A DNA stretch of 64,000 bases. Source: Rhynchopus sp. YZ270_cl-10 (taxonomy: Eukaryota). Location of the stretch: assembly GCA_964035575.1 (NCBI GenBank), contig OZ037838.1:1612001-1676000 (forward strand), read 5' to 3'. Numbering within the stretch: the first letter of the stretch is position 1; every line of letters starts with the position of its first letter. The translations under genes and the position numbers were made by a program. Below, one piece after another: positions 24,965 to 36,089 of this stretch. The notes beneath the pieces were generated by a model. It saw only the letters and a list, made by a program, of their open reading frames with translations, had not been told where the DNA came from and searched no databases.

Positions 24965-26312
24965 AGAATTTCGAAAATTGATAAAAACGAAAAAGCGTCT
25001 CACAAATTAACCCAGATTCTGCTCCAGATGTGATGTCTTGGTCTGTTTCTGCCTGAATTGTGTAAGGGGGCCCGATTTTGTTGCGGAAAATTACGAAAAT
25101 TATTGAAAACCAATAAGCGCCTCACAATTGAACCCAGATTCTGCTCCAGATGCGATGTTTTGGTCTGTTTCTGCCTGAATTGTGTAAGGGGGCCCGATTT
25201 TGTTGCGATAAATTACGAAAATTGATGAAAACAAATATGCGTCTCACAATTGAACCCAGATTCTGCTCCATATGCGATGTTTTGATGTGTTTCGACCTGA
25301 ATTGTGTGAGGGGGCCCGATTTTGTTGCGGAAAATTACGAAAATTGATGAAAACTAATATGCGTCTCACAATTGAACCCAGATTCTGCTCCAGATACGAT
25401 GTTTTGATGTGTTTCTGCCTGAATTGTGTAAGGGGGCCCGATTTTGTTGCGGAAAATTACGAAAATTGATGAAAACAAATATGCGTCTCACAATTGAACC
25501 CATATTCTACTCCAGATGCGATGTTTTGATGTGTTTCTGCCTGAATTGTGTAAGGGGCCCCGATTTTGTTGCGGAAAATTACGAAAATTATTGAAAACCA
25601 ATAAGCGCCTCACAATTGAACCCAGATTCTGCTCCAGATACGATGTTTTGATGTGTTTCTGCCTGAATTGTGTAAGGGGGCCCGATTTTGTTGCGGAAAA
25701 TTACGAAAATTGATGAAAACAAATATGCGTCTCACAATTGAACCCAGATTCTGCTCCAGATTCGATGTTTTGATGTGTTTCTGCCTGAATTGTGTAAGGG
25801 GGCCCGATTTTGTTGCGGAAAATTACGAAAATTATTGAAAACCAATAAGCGCCTCACAATTGAACCCAGATTCTGCTCCAGATTCGATGTTTTGATGTGT
25901 TTCTGCCTGAATTGTGTAAGGGGGCCCGATTTTGTTGCGGAAAATTACGAAAATTGATGAAAACAAATATGCGTCTCACAATTGAACCCAGATTCTGCTC
26001 CAGATTCGATGTTTTGATGTGTTTCTGCCTGAATTGTGTAAGGGGCCCCGATTATGTTGCGGAAAATTACGAAAATTATTGAAAACCAATAAGCGCCTCA
26101 CAATTGAACCCAGATTCTGCTCCAGATACGATGTTTTGATGTGTTTCTGCCTGAATTGTGTAAGGGGGCCCGATTTTGTTGCGGAAAATTACGAAAATTG
26201 ATGAAAACAAATATGCGTCTCACAATTGAACCCAGATTCTGCTCCAGATGCGATGTTTTGATGTGTTTCTGCCTGAATTGTGTAAGGGGGCCCGATTTTG
26301 TTGCGATAAATT
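24965..26312. repeat. 122-bp tandem array of element B, ~11 copies
   Basis: CTCACAATTGAACCCAGATTCTGCTCC recurs every 122 bp. Confidence 0.95.
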
Positions 26313-26424
26313 AGTAGGCAGATTGAGAATGCGCTAAGAACGTATGTGGAGGAGAGTGTGGATACACTGATGGACGCTGGCGTATCCGCTGTGAAGAAGT
26401 TTGTTAGCTGTGGTGTGTTCCCTA
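26313..26424 (+). pseudogene. Upstream in-frame piece of the USP cargo gene
   Basis: RQIENALRTYVEESVDTLMDAGVSAVKKFVSCGVFP joins in frame to RCVEKCVGAEVAG at 36090 once element C is removed. Confidence 0.75.
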
Positions 26425-27034
26425 TAGGGGGTACCGTGGTCAGTATATTAGCTGTCCGAAAAATTAATAAATAAATAAAAAATGCTCTATGTGCTCAGAA
26501 ACGGCACAGGGGTCCCCCAGAAAACATTTTCTGTACAACTCGTCACGCCCCGCACTGGATTAGTGCCTTTTTTTGGGCCTAAAATTCAAAAATGCAAAAA
26601 TGACTTTGTACAAGGGCGTTTTTTACGTGTTTTTTCATGATTTTTCAAAGTCGCCAAAAATCATGTAAAATACTGCTTCCCACCCAACATTCTCTCCACA
26701 ACATCGTTCTGACACCCATAGGTCCAAAAAAAACAGGTTTTTATATATTTTTTTCAACAACTGGTGTATAATAAAATTCCACCAAAATCCACTATCCCAC
26801 CTCACCCACAGGCAAATATCTTAACTATGTGTACCTGTGTGAATTGATTCTGAGTGATAATGCAGCAACCGCTGGGTAGTTCTATGGGGTAAAACGCCAC
26901 CTGGGGTCACAAGGCCCAGGCTCCTACCTTTCCAGGTAGGGGAGCTGTTGAGTGACCCATCGGACAATCGTTTGAAGGGTCTTGGAGGTTATGGTGTCGG
27001 GGGTGTCACTGTTCGTTTGTGTGGAGATTTGAGA

Positions 27035-27772
27035 AGTGTTTGTGCAATTGGTCCCGTACCAAGGTTTCTTGTTGGATGTGATTTGTGCTGAAATGGATGG
27101 ATTCTGAGGGTAAATGCTGCAAGCGCTAGGTATTCCGTGGCACAAATAAATTGACATGTGTTTGTGGAATTGGTCCCGTACCAAGGTTTCTTGTTGGATG
27201 TGATTTGTGCTGAAATGGATGGATTCTGAGGGTAAATGCTGCAAGCGCTAGGTATTCCGTGGCACAAATAAATTGACATGTGTTTGCGGAATTGGTCCCG
27301 TACCAAAGTGTCTTCTTGGATGTGATTTGTGCTGAAATGGATGGATTCTGAGGGTAAATGCTGCAAGCGCTAGGTATTCCGTGGCACAAATAAATTGACA
27401 TGTGTTTGCGGAATTGGTCCCGTACCAAAGTGTCTTCTTGGATGTGATTTGTGCTGAAATGGATGGATTCTGAGGGTAAATGCTGCAAGCGCTAGGTATT
27501 CCGTGGCACAAATAAATTGACATGTGTTTGTGGAATTGGTCCCGTACCAAAGTTTCTTGTTTGGTGTGATTTGTGCTGAAATGGATGCATTCTGAGGGTA
27601 AATGCTGCAAGCGCTAGGTATTCCGTGGCACAAATAAATTGACATGTGTTTGCGGAATTGGTCCCGTACCAAAGTTTCTTGTTTGGTGTGATTTGTGCTG
27701 AAATGGATGGATTCTGAGGGTAAATGCTGCAAGCGCTAGGTATTCCGTGGTGCAAATAAATTGAAATGTGTG
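27035..27772. repeat. 122-bp tandem array of element C, ~6 copies
   Basis: AATTGGTCCCGTACCAA recurs every 122 bp. Confidence 0.95.
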
Positions 27773-27897
27773 GATTATTAACTTGACTTTGTTTTGCTTT
27801 TCCTCCTTGTTTTTTTTTTTTTTGTAATATCTTGTATTTGAATTTCATTAACTCTTCAGAGTGTACACAGTGGATTCATTGTATTTTCTTCAAAAAA

Positions 27898-28095
27898 ATG
27901 AGCAAGGAAGGAACCTGTGAACACTGTTGTCGCAGTTTTGGTAACCTCTATAAGCATAGAAGCAGTGAGACTTGCCAAGGGATGACGTGGGTGTCCTCCG
28001 ATGTCATAGCAGCGAGACTTGTGCGAAAAAGACATGTGTTTTGTAGGGATGGTTTGTGGCTGATCCCCAGCGAACATGGTTTCGATCATGTATGA
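27898..28095 (+). pseudogene. Short zinc-finger-like N-terminal fragment
   Basis: MSKEGTCEHCCRSFGNLYKHRSSETC (CxxC...H...C) shortly after the array; followed by an orphan right-end-like GGACCCCCCTA ending at 28165. Confidence 0.35.
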
Positions 28096-28878
28096 TTTCC
28101 AGTGACGTGTTACCTCCTTCCGACACGACCCTCCTCTAGAAATTTGGTCGGCTAGGACCCCCCTAGACTAATTGGTCGCCGCCTGAAGTATCCGTAATTG
28201 AATTAGTTCTGTGTTCTGTGATCAGTCTTATGAGTGTGTGCTGCATGCGACAATTGAAAGATCTGAAACAAAATTGTATTGTGCTAATTGGTGGCCACCC
28301 GAAGTTTCCGTGATTGAACTAGTGGCTTCGCTTTGGGTGCCGTGACCGCCCTTTCTTTGTTGTAAATGTACTGAGGCTACTGACAATTCGTGTACCACGT
28401 GTGCCTGGTGCACGAATTGCTATCAATGAAGTGCCGAACTCCGCAGTTGGATAACCGAGGAATTCTCACATTCCGCCGGAGTCCCCCAACTTGAGCTGGG
28501 TTGGGGACCCGGGCTCGACCGAGTTTCAGCGAAACCCCCCAAAACCTATATAATCCCCTGTGGAGGGGGAAATTTTTTTTTGGGCTGACCGAGCCAGACC
28601 GATCCTGACCGAGCCAGCCCCTCGTGTTTTAATTCTATATAGAACCCGGTAAGAGGAGGGTGTTCAAATTTCCCGTTTTTCCCTTTTCTCCCGTTTTTCC
28701 CTTTGTCTTTGCCATTTTTTTTTCCAAAAAAAAAAATTTTTTTTTTTTGACAAGGCAATTTCAGGGTTTTATATAGGAATTTTTTCCTGAACAAACAGGG
28801 GCAAAAACTGAGGATTCATTTTTTCTCACCCACCCACCCAAAATCAAAGTTGTTTCGATCGTTTCAGTCAGGGTTCTA

Positions 28879-29395
28879 CTGGGGGGGGGCTAATAAAGTA
28901 TACGGTGCTAATAAAGTATACGGTGCGGAAACCCATTTTGAGCGTGTAAATCTGTGAAATAAAGTATACGGTTTTTGTGTACATTTTTCTTACTAAAAAA
29001 ATTTTTCAGCAAGTTTTGCACAAAAAATCGAAAAAAAAATTTTTTGATTTCGGTGGTCCGGATTCTGTGCGTGCTGTGATGGGGTCACTTTGAGCTGAGA
29101 AACGAGTATTTTTGACCTAAAACGCGTGTATCAGTTTTTACACGATTGGTGCTGATGGGGTTCAGATTTGTGAAAATTTAAGTCACCAAAAAATTGTTCA
29201 TTTTTCCACATTGACCCCACCACTGGCTGGGATTGGCCCAAAAATGCCAATGGTGGTGTTTTCGCGAGGTTTCGGCCACTAGAAACCCCAAAATAACAGT
29301 GTTTTTTTTTTTTTTTCCCTTTTTCGTTTTTTGGCCATTTAAGCAGTAATTCCCGCCGAATAAAGTATACGTATACTTTAATAGCTCCCCCCCAG
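28879..29395. mobile_element. MITE with TA target duplication (Tc1/mariner-like)
   Basis: TA|CTGGGGGGGGGCTAATAAAGTATACG ... CGTATACTTTAATAGCTCCCCCCCAG|TA; interior 29020-29140 is similar to 300-420. Confidence 0.7.
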
Positions 29396-32300
29396 TAGGT
29401 CCAAAAAAAAATAAGGGAAACGGAAAATGTGCTTTGAAAAAAATTTTCCGCGCTGCGCGCGGAAAATTACTACCCTAACAGCCCTAAAAAATGGATGCTA
29501 CCCACACGTAACGTCAAGTCGAAGACATCCTTCGCATAATGGAAAGGGATTATCCGATTCCCAACGAACTGCCGGACAATCTCCTAGGGGAGATCATCCA
29601 AGAATGTGTGTCACGAAAGAATCGTGCACTCGAACCTCACCTATGGTGATGATGATCTGTGACAGTCGCCTATCTAGATCGACTAGAAAAGCTCCATGAA
29701 GATTTTTTTATTCAGGAGCAGGGGCTTATATAGCGTCACCCAAAGGTTCCTGGCGAAGCCACGGTACGCAACATTTTTAAAAAATGTTGACATAAAATGG
29801 CACTGACGTTAGTAATTATCGTCAGTTTCCGTAAATTTTACTTAGGTATTTTGCTAAAACGAAAGTTTCTGGCGAAGCCACGGTACGCAACATTTCAAAA
29901 AAATTCCCTTAAAATTGCACATATTTACAACCAAACTATGTCATGGGAGGGTGGTTGCAATCTTGCGCCGCAGGCGCACGGTACGCTACTTTTTCTTTCG
30001 CCATGCTGTATGTTTCCTTTTGCCACCGGGCCGTCCTTCCATTTGCCCGGGCTGTGGTTTCTTCGGTACGTATTTCTTTGGCATTTTGTGTTTTTTTCCT
30101 GTTGTGGCGGGTTCCTACGTCACGAGTCGTGTTCTAAGCCAGTAAAACGCCAAAAAAAAAAAAATTTTTTTTTAGGTCCGAAAAGGGGAATTTTTTTTTT
30201 TTTTTTCAATAACTGAGGATTGCCCTCAGTTCTGACCCCCTATATAAAAGTCTGGGCAATTTTCAGGTGAAAAAAAAATTTTTTTTTCGAAAATTTTTTG
30301 GCCCCCTGGGTTGGGTCTTGGGGCACCGAAAAATGCCAAAAAGCGCAAAAATCGGCTGTTTTGACCATCTGTGGTTACACCATCGTCACGTCTCTGTACA
30401 AGCCTATTCTATACCCAAAAGTGGATAGGCAAGGCCGTGTTTGACCAAAAAAAAAATTTTTTTTTTTCAAAAAAATCGAGTTTTCGTCACCTGTGGGTGG
30501 TCGTAGGATCGAAATTTGTGAAAAATTTTCACTTTTTTTTTTTGACCCAAAAAATTTTTTTTCGACAAGGCAACGGGAAAAATGCCTAAGGGGAAAGGGG
30601 AAAAAAGGGAAAAACGGGAATTTGGAGGATCCTCTATTTTGAGGATCGTTTTCACAGTCACATTTTACCTTAGCAAAATCTGAAAAAAAAAATTTTTTTT
30701 CGAAAAATTTTTGGACCCCTGGGGTGGGTCTTGGGGCACCGAAAAACAGGGCGTTCGCTATCGCCATCGTTTTTTCCTGATCGTGGCGAAATGCCAAAAA
30801 CCCCGAAATTTTCGTTTTTTTACTAGTGCTTAAAATAGGTCAAAAAAAATTTTCCCGCCGGAGAGAAGTTAGTTCGTGGGGTGAATCCCTGGTACTGAAT
30901 GGTCAAAAAAAATTTGCTATTTGCGCGTGATCCCTTCCCCAGCACAAGTGATATTACAGCTGAACTTTCCTGATACTAAAACCAGCAAAACGATGGAGAA
31001 TTTCATCAATCCCCCCTCACTGAGGGTCTCTTTGTGTTGTTTAATCAAACAGATGTACAAGAGAGGCATCTGTCATATGAGACTTCATCCTTATTTTGAT
31101 TATTTTCAACTCTCTGCCGTTGAAAGTAGAGTTGACACGAGCAGTGACACCTTCTATAACAGGGGGTACGGTACACCTTCAGCAGACTGCAGGATTGAGG
31201 AGCGAGCGGGAGTGCTGGGGAAACTTCCTCTCACGGCAGGCGGGTTTGCGGATGATTTTGAGTACAGTGGACATGCACCCCTCTGCGACCCCCCCTCCGG
31301 GGGGGTCTACAGGGTGGTGGGGAGAAATCTCTCTCTCTCTTTTTTTTTTTTTTTCCCCCTTTTTTTATTTATTTATTTATTTATTTATACAGGGTTTCGC
31401 CCCGGTGGGGCGAAGCCCTGGGGCGAAATAAAATGTCATTTTTTCAGGAAAAGATTTTTTTAACGAAAAAAAATATTTTTCGCCCCGGGGCGAACGCCCT
31501 GCCGAAAAATGCAAAAAAAACGTAAAAATCGGGTGTTTTGAGCATCTGTGGTTACACCATATACACGTCTGTAACCCCACATAGGCCCATTACCATGGTT
31601 TCGTTAGCTCTTGTGGCATGCCCTCCTGCAGTTTCCTGCTCATCGGCGGCCTCTAGTCCGTGTGGACTTGGGCCACTACCAGCTTCCGGAGGAGCGACGC
31701 TCACGTGCGAGCGTCGGACCGGTCACTGCTCTGGGTGCCATGTGCTTTAGCCAATTCTTGACGAGGATGGGGGTGCAGACCGCCAAGTCCGGACGGTCGG
31801 AGGGAACCTTCCCCACCGCACGTCAGTTCTCCTAAGCTCCTTGTGACTTGACTCGTGCCGGTGCTGGTGTCTCTTCTTGTGACCCACCGAGCACGCAGCC
31901 AACAGTGCGTCAAACCCTCAAGATCCTGTAGCACCGAGGGTGTGTGAACCCCAATCGTCTGCGTCAGGACATACGCCGTCTGCCATCAAGCGGAGGGTGC
32001 TCCAATACTCCTCAGACACGAAGGAGCAATCACAGCGATCACGAACCACGCGATTGAGGCGGTTTCACAGGTGGTCAGCGGGGGAAGCATACGAGGCTTC
32101 ACAAAGCAACACCGCTTCCGGAGATGACCGGCTCCCCTCTTCCTCAACATGCACCAGAGCCCTATTTTTCACAAGCGGTCCCGAAACCTTAAAGTTTGCG
32201 CAAGCCCTGGAGTCATCCGATGACGCAAGGCAAGTCACTCTCCCAAAGCGATGGCATTGGATGGCAGTATCCGAAGTCAGACCTCCGGGAAATATTGAAT

Positions 32301-33007
32301 CCTTAATGGACGACTTCAATGTGATCGCTGCCTTCTCCCTCTACGTCCCACCCTTCAAGAACACGGAGACTCGCAAGCTGCAAGTAATTTGAGGTTGTTT
32401 CTGCGAGCCCCGACCTAAACCGTTCATCTTCAGAGATATGTACAGTGTGCGCACTACTTTCCGCAGGAAGAACGGGCCCATTTTGGGCTCCGACCTCAGA
32501 GGCCGTTTTCGAAGACAGCTACAGTGGGATATTTTGGTTCCTCAATTTTTTATAACAAAAGCGAAAATCTGCCTATGTGCTTGAAAAATGCTGTGCATTT
32601 TTGGTAGAATTTTTTAAAAATTGCTATACTCCCCTATGACTGGACCCAACTCCCCTCACTCTTTTTTTGGTCAAAAACACCCCAAATTTTTCTACCGTTT
32701 TTTCCGTTTTTTCCGTTTTTGACCTTTTTAGACACCCTCCTTTAAAAAAAAAAATCTAAGATCTTAAGAAAAAAACTAAGATCTTAACAAAAAACACTAA
32801 GATCTTACTTAATTAAAAAAAAACACTAAGATCGGTCATATCTTAATTAAGATCTTTTGTAATCCATGTAGACACCCTCCAGAGTCGAGTTTTTTTTTTT
32901 TTTTTTTGACATGTGGTGTTCGCGAAGTCGATATTGACAGGGCGCTGACAAGTCGGGGACCGATTTCCGAAAGCACCAACATAGCGAAAAAAATAAAAAT
33001 CAAAAAA

Positions 33008-35977
33008 CACGGGTTGCCTACGATCGTAGTACGATCTCTTACGATCGCAGCTCTTTTTTGATCGCACTACGATCGTACTACGATCAAAGTACGGTCGTAG
33101 TACGATCGTACTTACGATCGTATTATGATCGTACGATCGTACTACGATCGTAACGATCGTAGTACGATCGTAATGATCGTAGTACGATCGTAGTACGATC
33201 GTACGATCTTCCTTCTAAGGTGCTCGCTCTCCATACCTAGACCCTCGAATTTTTTTTTTTGCCCCTATATTGGGCTAATTTCGACGATTTGAGGCCATTA
33301 AAAGCAAAATTTGGCACTTTTGAGCATCTAGGGGGGTCTAAAACGCGGTTCCGCGAACCCAAAATTTCGTGATTTTTACCAAAAACAAGTCGATTTTTGA
33401 AAAAATCTCAAAAAAAAAAATCCCAATTTTTTTTTTCACAAGTGTTTTTGAGGCCTGCTCACTACACCCTAGGTACCCTTCTGGGACCAAAAAGTCAAAA
33501 AAAGCAAGAATTGGGCTGTTTTGAGCATCTAGAGTTAATTCCCCAGTCATTTTCTGTACCACCAGTGCATTTTGTATGGGCCAGCGCCTTGTCAAAAAAT
33601 CAAAAAATCTCAAAAAAAAAAATTTTTTTTCGGGAAAATTTCGACCCCTGAGTTGGGTTTTTGGGCACCAAAAAGTGCAAAAAAACGCAAAAATCGGGTG
33701 TTTTGACGATCTGGGGGTAACTATATGCACTACTACAGGGGCCCACAATATCGACTTTTCCTTAGCAAATTCCTTGGAGTATTGCATGCCTTGAAGTGTT
33801 GCATTTTGTCCCCACTGAGTGTGCACTCAGAAAACACTCATCAATAAAACGACCTTTCTGTTCGGTAAAAAATAGTTATTTTCTATTGTAGTAGTGGGTT
33901 TGTCGTGCAGTGATGTTCTTTGTACCTGGAGAGTGGGCCGAGTGCAAGGTATGTTTTTAACCCCCCGGTTTTCTCCCTTTTCGACATGTCCGCTATTTTT
34001 TTTTTTTTTTGAAAACTTGGTTGTATTAGTGTAGCCACCCTAGAGTGTGCTCCACTATACTAAACATTTTTATGTCACCGCAGACGAGCGCGATGATCTC
34101 TCTTGTGTGGCAGATGTCACACTGATGTCGCTGATACTACTACCCACCGGGCCATCATCAGATGGGGGTGGCGGGGCGGAGGGGGGGGCATTGATGACGG
34201 ATTTCTTCCGTTTTTTGGCAGTTTTGTCGCATGCTCTGGGGGAAGACGAGCGTTTTCTTTTTGAAGAACGTGTTGATGGATTCTGTTTACGGGAGGGGGG
34301 AGAAACAGAACGCTTTAGTTTTAAAATACGGTTGGGCTCAGGGTCACCCTCAGCAGGCGGCACGTCATTCGCGGCAGGCCGATCTCCCGCTGCGAGGACG
34401 TCGTCGATCATGTCACCCTCCGATGTGCCAGCAGAGGAGGTTGGAGGTGAAGACCACCTAGATGCTCTAGCTGATATGCTAGGGCCGTAGGCATCGAGTG
34501 GTGCAGTTCCCCATGCCGCGTCAGCGAGCCATCGGACGGACCTTGACAGCTGTGACCTGATAACAGCGATGCTATCGACACCTAGACGGGCACGTTTTTT
34601 TTTTTTTTTTGTCAACAAAAATGTCACTTTTACGTGGGGTACGGGGCGGCTTCTTGTTTGTTTGTTTTTTTGTTGTAGTCTCTACTTTTACATTCAATTT
34701 CTCTTATCAGGTACCCGAACCGACGACCCTTCATCGTGACAGCGAAGCAGTGCCCACGGAAGAGCTGGTGCAATTATTTCAAAACCAGGTGGCGATCGTA
34801 AAAGTCGGGTTTATATACCAACTTTTCCATTAACCCACCCCAGACCACCCTAATTATTATGAAACTCTTAGTCAGTCACTGCTATAGCCATTTAACCCAG
34901 GGAGCATAGCTAGTGCAAGAAATTCGACTTCGGGATCCGGAAAGTCTGTCCTCTGCTTGCGGAGGACTAGACACAAGAAAATATTGCGTTCCCCCAGAAT
35001 ACTAATTTTTGTCACAGTAATTTTTGCCCAGGGCATGCTCTTGAAGCATGGCGGCTTGGTGTGAGAAGGGGCAGTGTGTTGTTTTGTTCTAGATTTCAAC
35101 GGTTGTTAGAACGAGTCAAGTGGATGCTTATCTAAACACTGACTTTAGTACAGACCCGAGAGATCACACATGACTTTGAGGAAAGAACAAAGCAATGCAT
35201 CTGTACCCGCACGCCAGGTTGTAGTTACTTCAGAATTTTCTTGAGTTTGCATGAACGAGGAGGGGGTGATTCATTCTTCGGGAACGCTTAGTATACCATG
35301 GAATGATCATCTCAAAAAAACAGTGGGGGCTGAATTCATATCCCTTAGAATTGCGAATTCAGCCTTTGCAGAAGGTACGTCTTACTTGTACTTGTACTTG
35401 TATGCCGTGTCACCCTTCTCAACCTTACCGGTTCACAGCTCGCAAGAGCAATGTAACCCTTCTCGCTATTGCAAACTTAAGAATTTTCTGCTGTAACTTA
35501 CCAAAATCGATTTTCTTTCACCCCAAACACCCGCAACACCCCACCTGCTACTTCGGTAGCCTGTGTTGTTGGGAGTTGGTTCTCATGTTGATCCCCAGTG
35601 ACTGTCTAGCACTGCTTCTTCTGAGCCCAACGTTGTTTGGCCTGTCGACGTAATAAATACGAAGACAGGGCGGCGGTGCCAACAATTTTCCAATGATGTA
35701 ACGTTTTATCTGATTGATTATCGTTTGATATACCTTGTGTGTGCTTCATGCACACCATGCAAGGAATATCGAACGGTATTTCAAGCGATATTCGTTATTT
35801 CGTTTGGCAAACGTACTACGATCGTACTACGATCGTAATGATCGTACTACGATCGTACTACGATCGTTTACGATCGTAGTACGATCGTAGTTGATCGTAG
35901 TACGATATTTTACGATCGTTACGATCGTTTTTTGGTACGATCGTAAACGATCGTACTACGATCGTAGGCAACCCGTG
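33008..35977 (+). mobile_element. Element D: defective hAT-like transposon nested in C
   Basis: TIR CACGGGTTGCCTACGATCGTAGTACGATC at both ends; TACGATCGTA subterminal clusters at 33019-33210 and 35813-35966; AAAAAA on both flanks. Confidence 0.8.
35114..35365 (+). pseudogene. Possible remnant of a hAT C-terminal dimerisation domain
   Basis: SQVDAYLN...DP...L*GKNK...YPHARL, then (after a frameshift) VIHSSGTLSIPWNDHLKKTVGAEFISLR; resemblance judged by eye only. Confidence 0.4.
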
Positions 35978-36089
35978 AAAAAAAAAAAATTTTTTTTTTT
36001 TTTGGAAAAAAACGGCCCAAAACGACAAATTAGTTTTTAGGACAAAAATTTCCTCACAAATCGTTAAGCATGGAACCCCCTATTCCCTA

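Larger units (their letters stand above)
26425..36082. mobile_element. Element C, nested in the USP gene
   Basis: TAGGGGGTACC...GGAACCCCCTA; 7-bp TSD TTCCCTA (26418-26424, 36083-36089); left ~500 bp is homologous to element A's left end. Confidence 0.9.

Noticed and set aside
5230..27772. Regular arrays as CRISPR
   Set aside because: Units are wholly repeated with no unique spacers, and no cas genes are present
18165..27848. Many 60-120-aa ORFs in the 122-bp arrays
   Set aside because: The period is not divisible by 3; these are repeat-derived frames
28155..28172. GGACCCCCCTA as the end of a further complete element
   Set aside because: No left end preceded by the matching GACTAAT was found; kept only as an orphan end
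31600..34627. GC-rich stretches (31600-32500, 34070-34600) as genes
   Set aside because: Possibly decayed cargo, but the ORFs are short or low-complexity with no motif I can support
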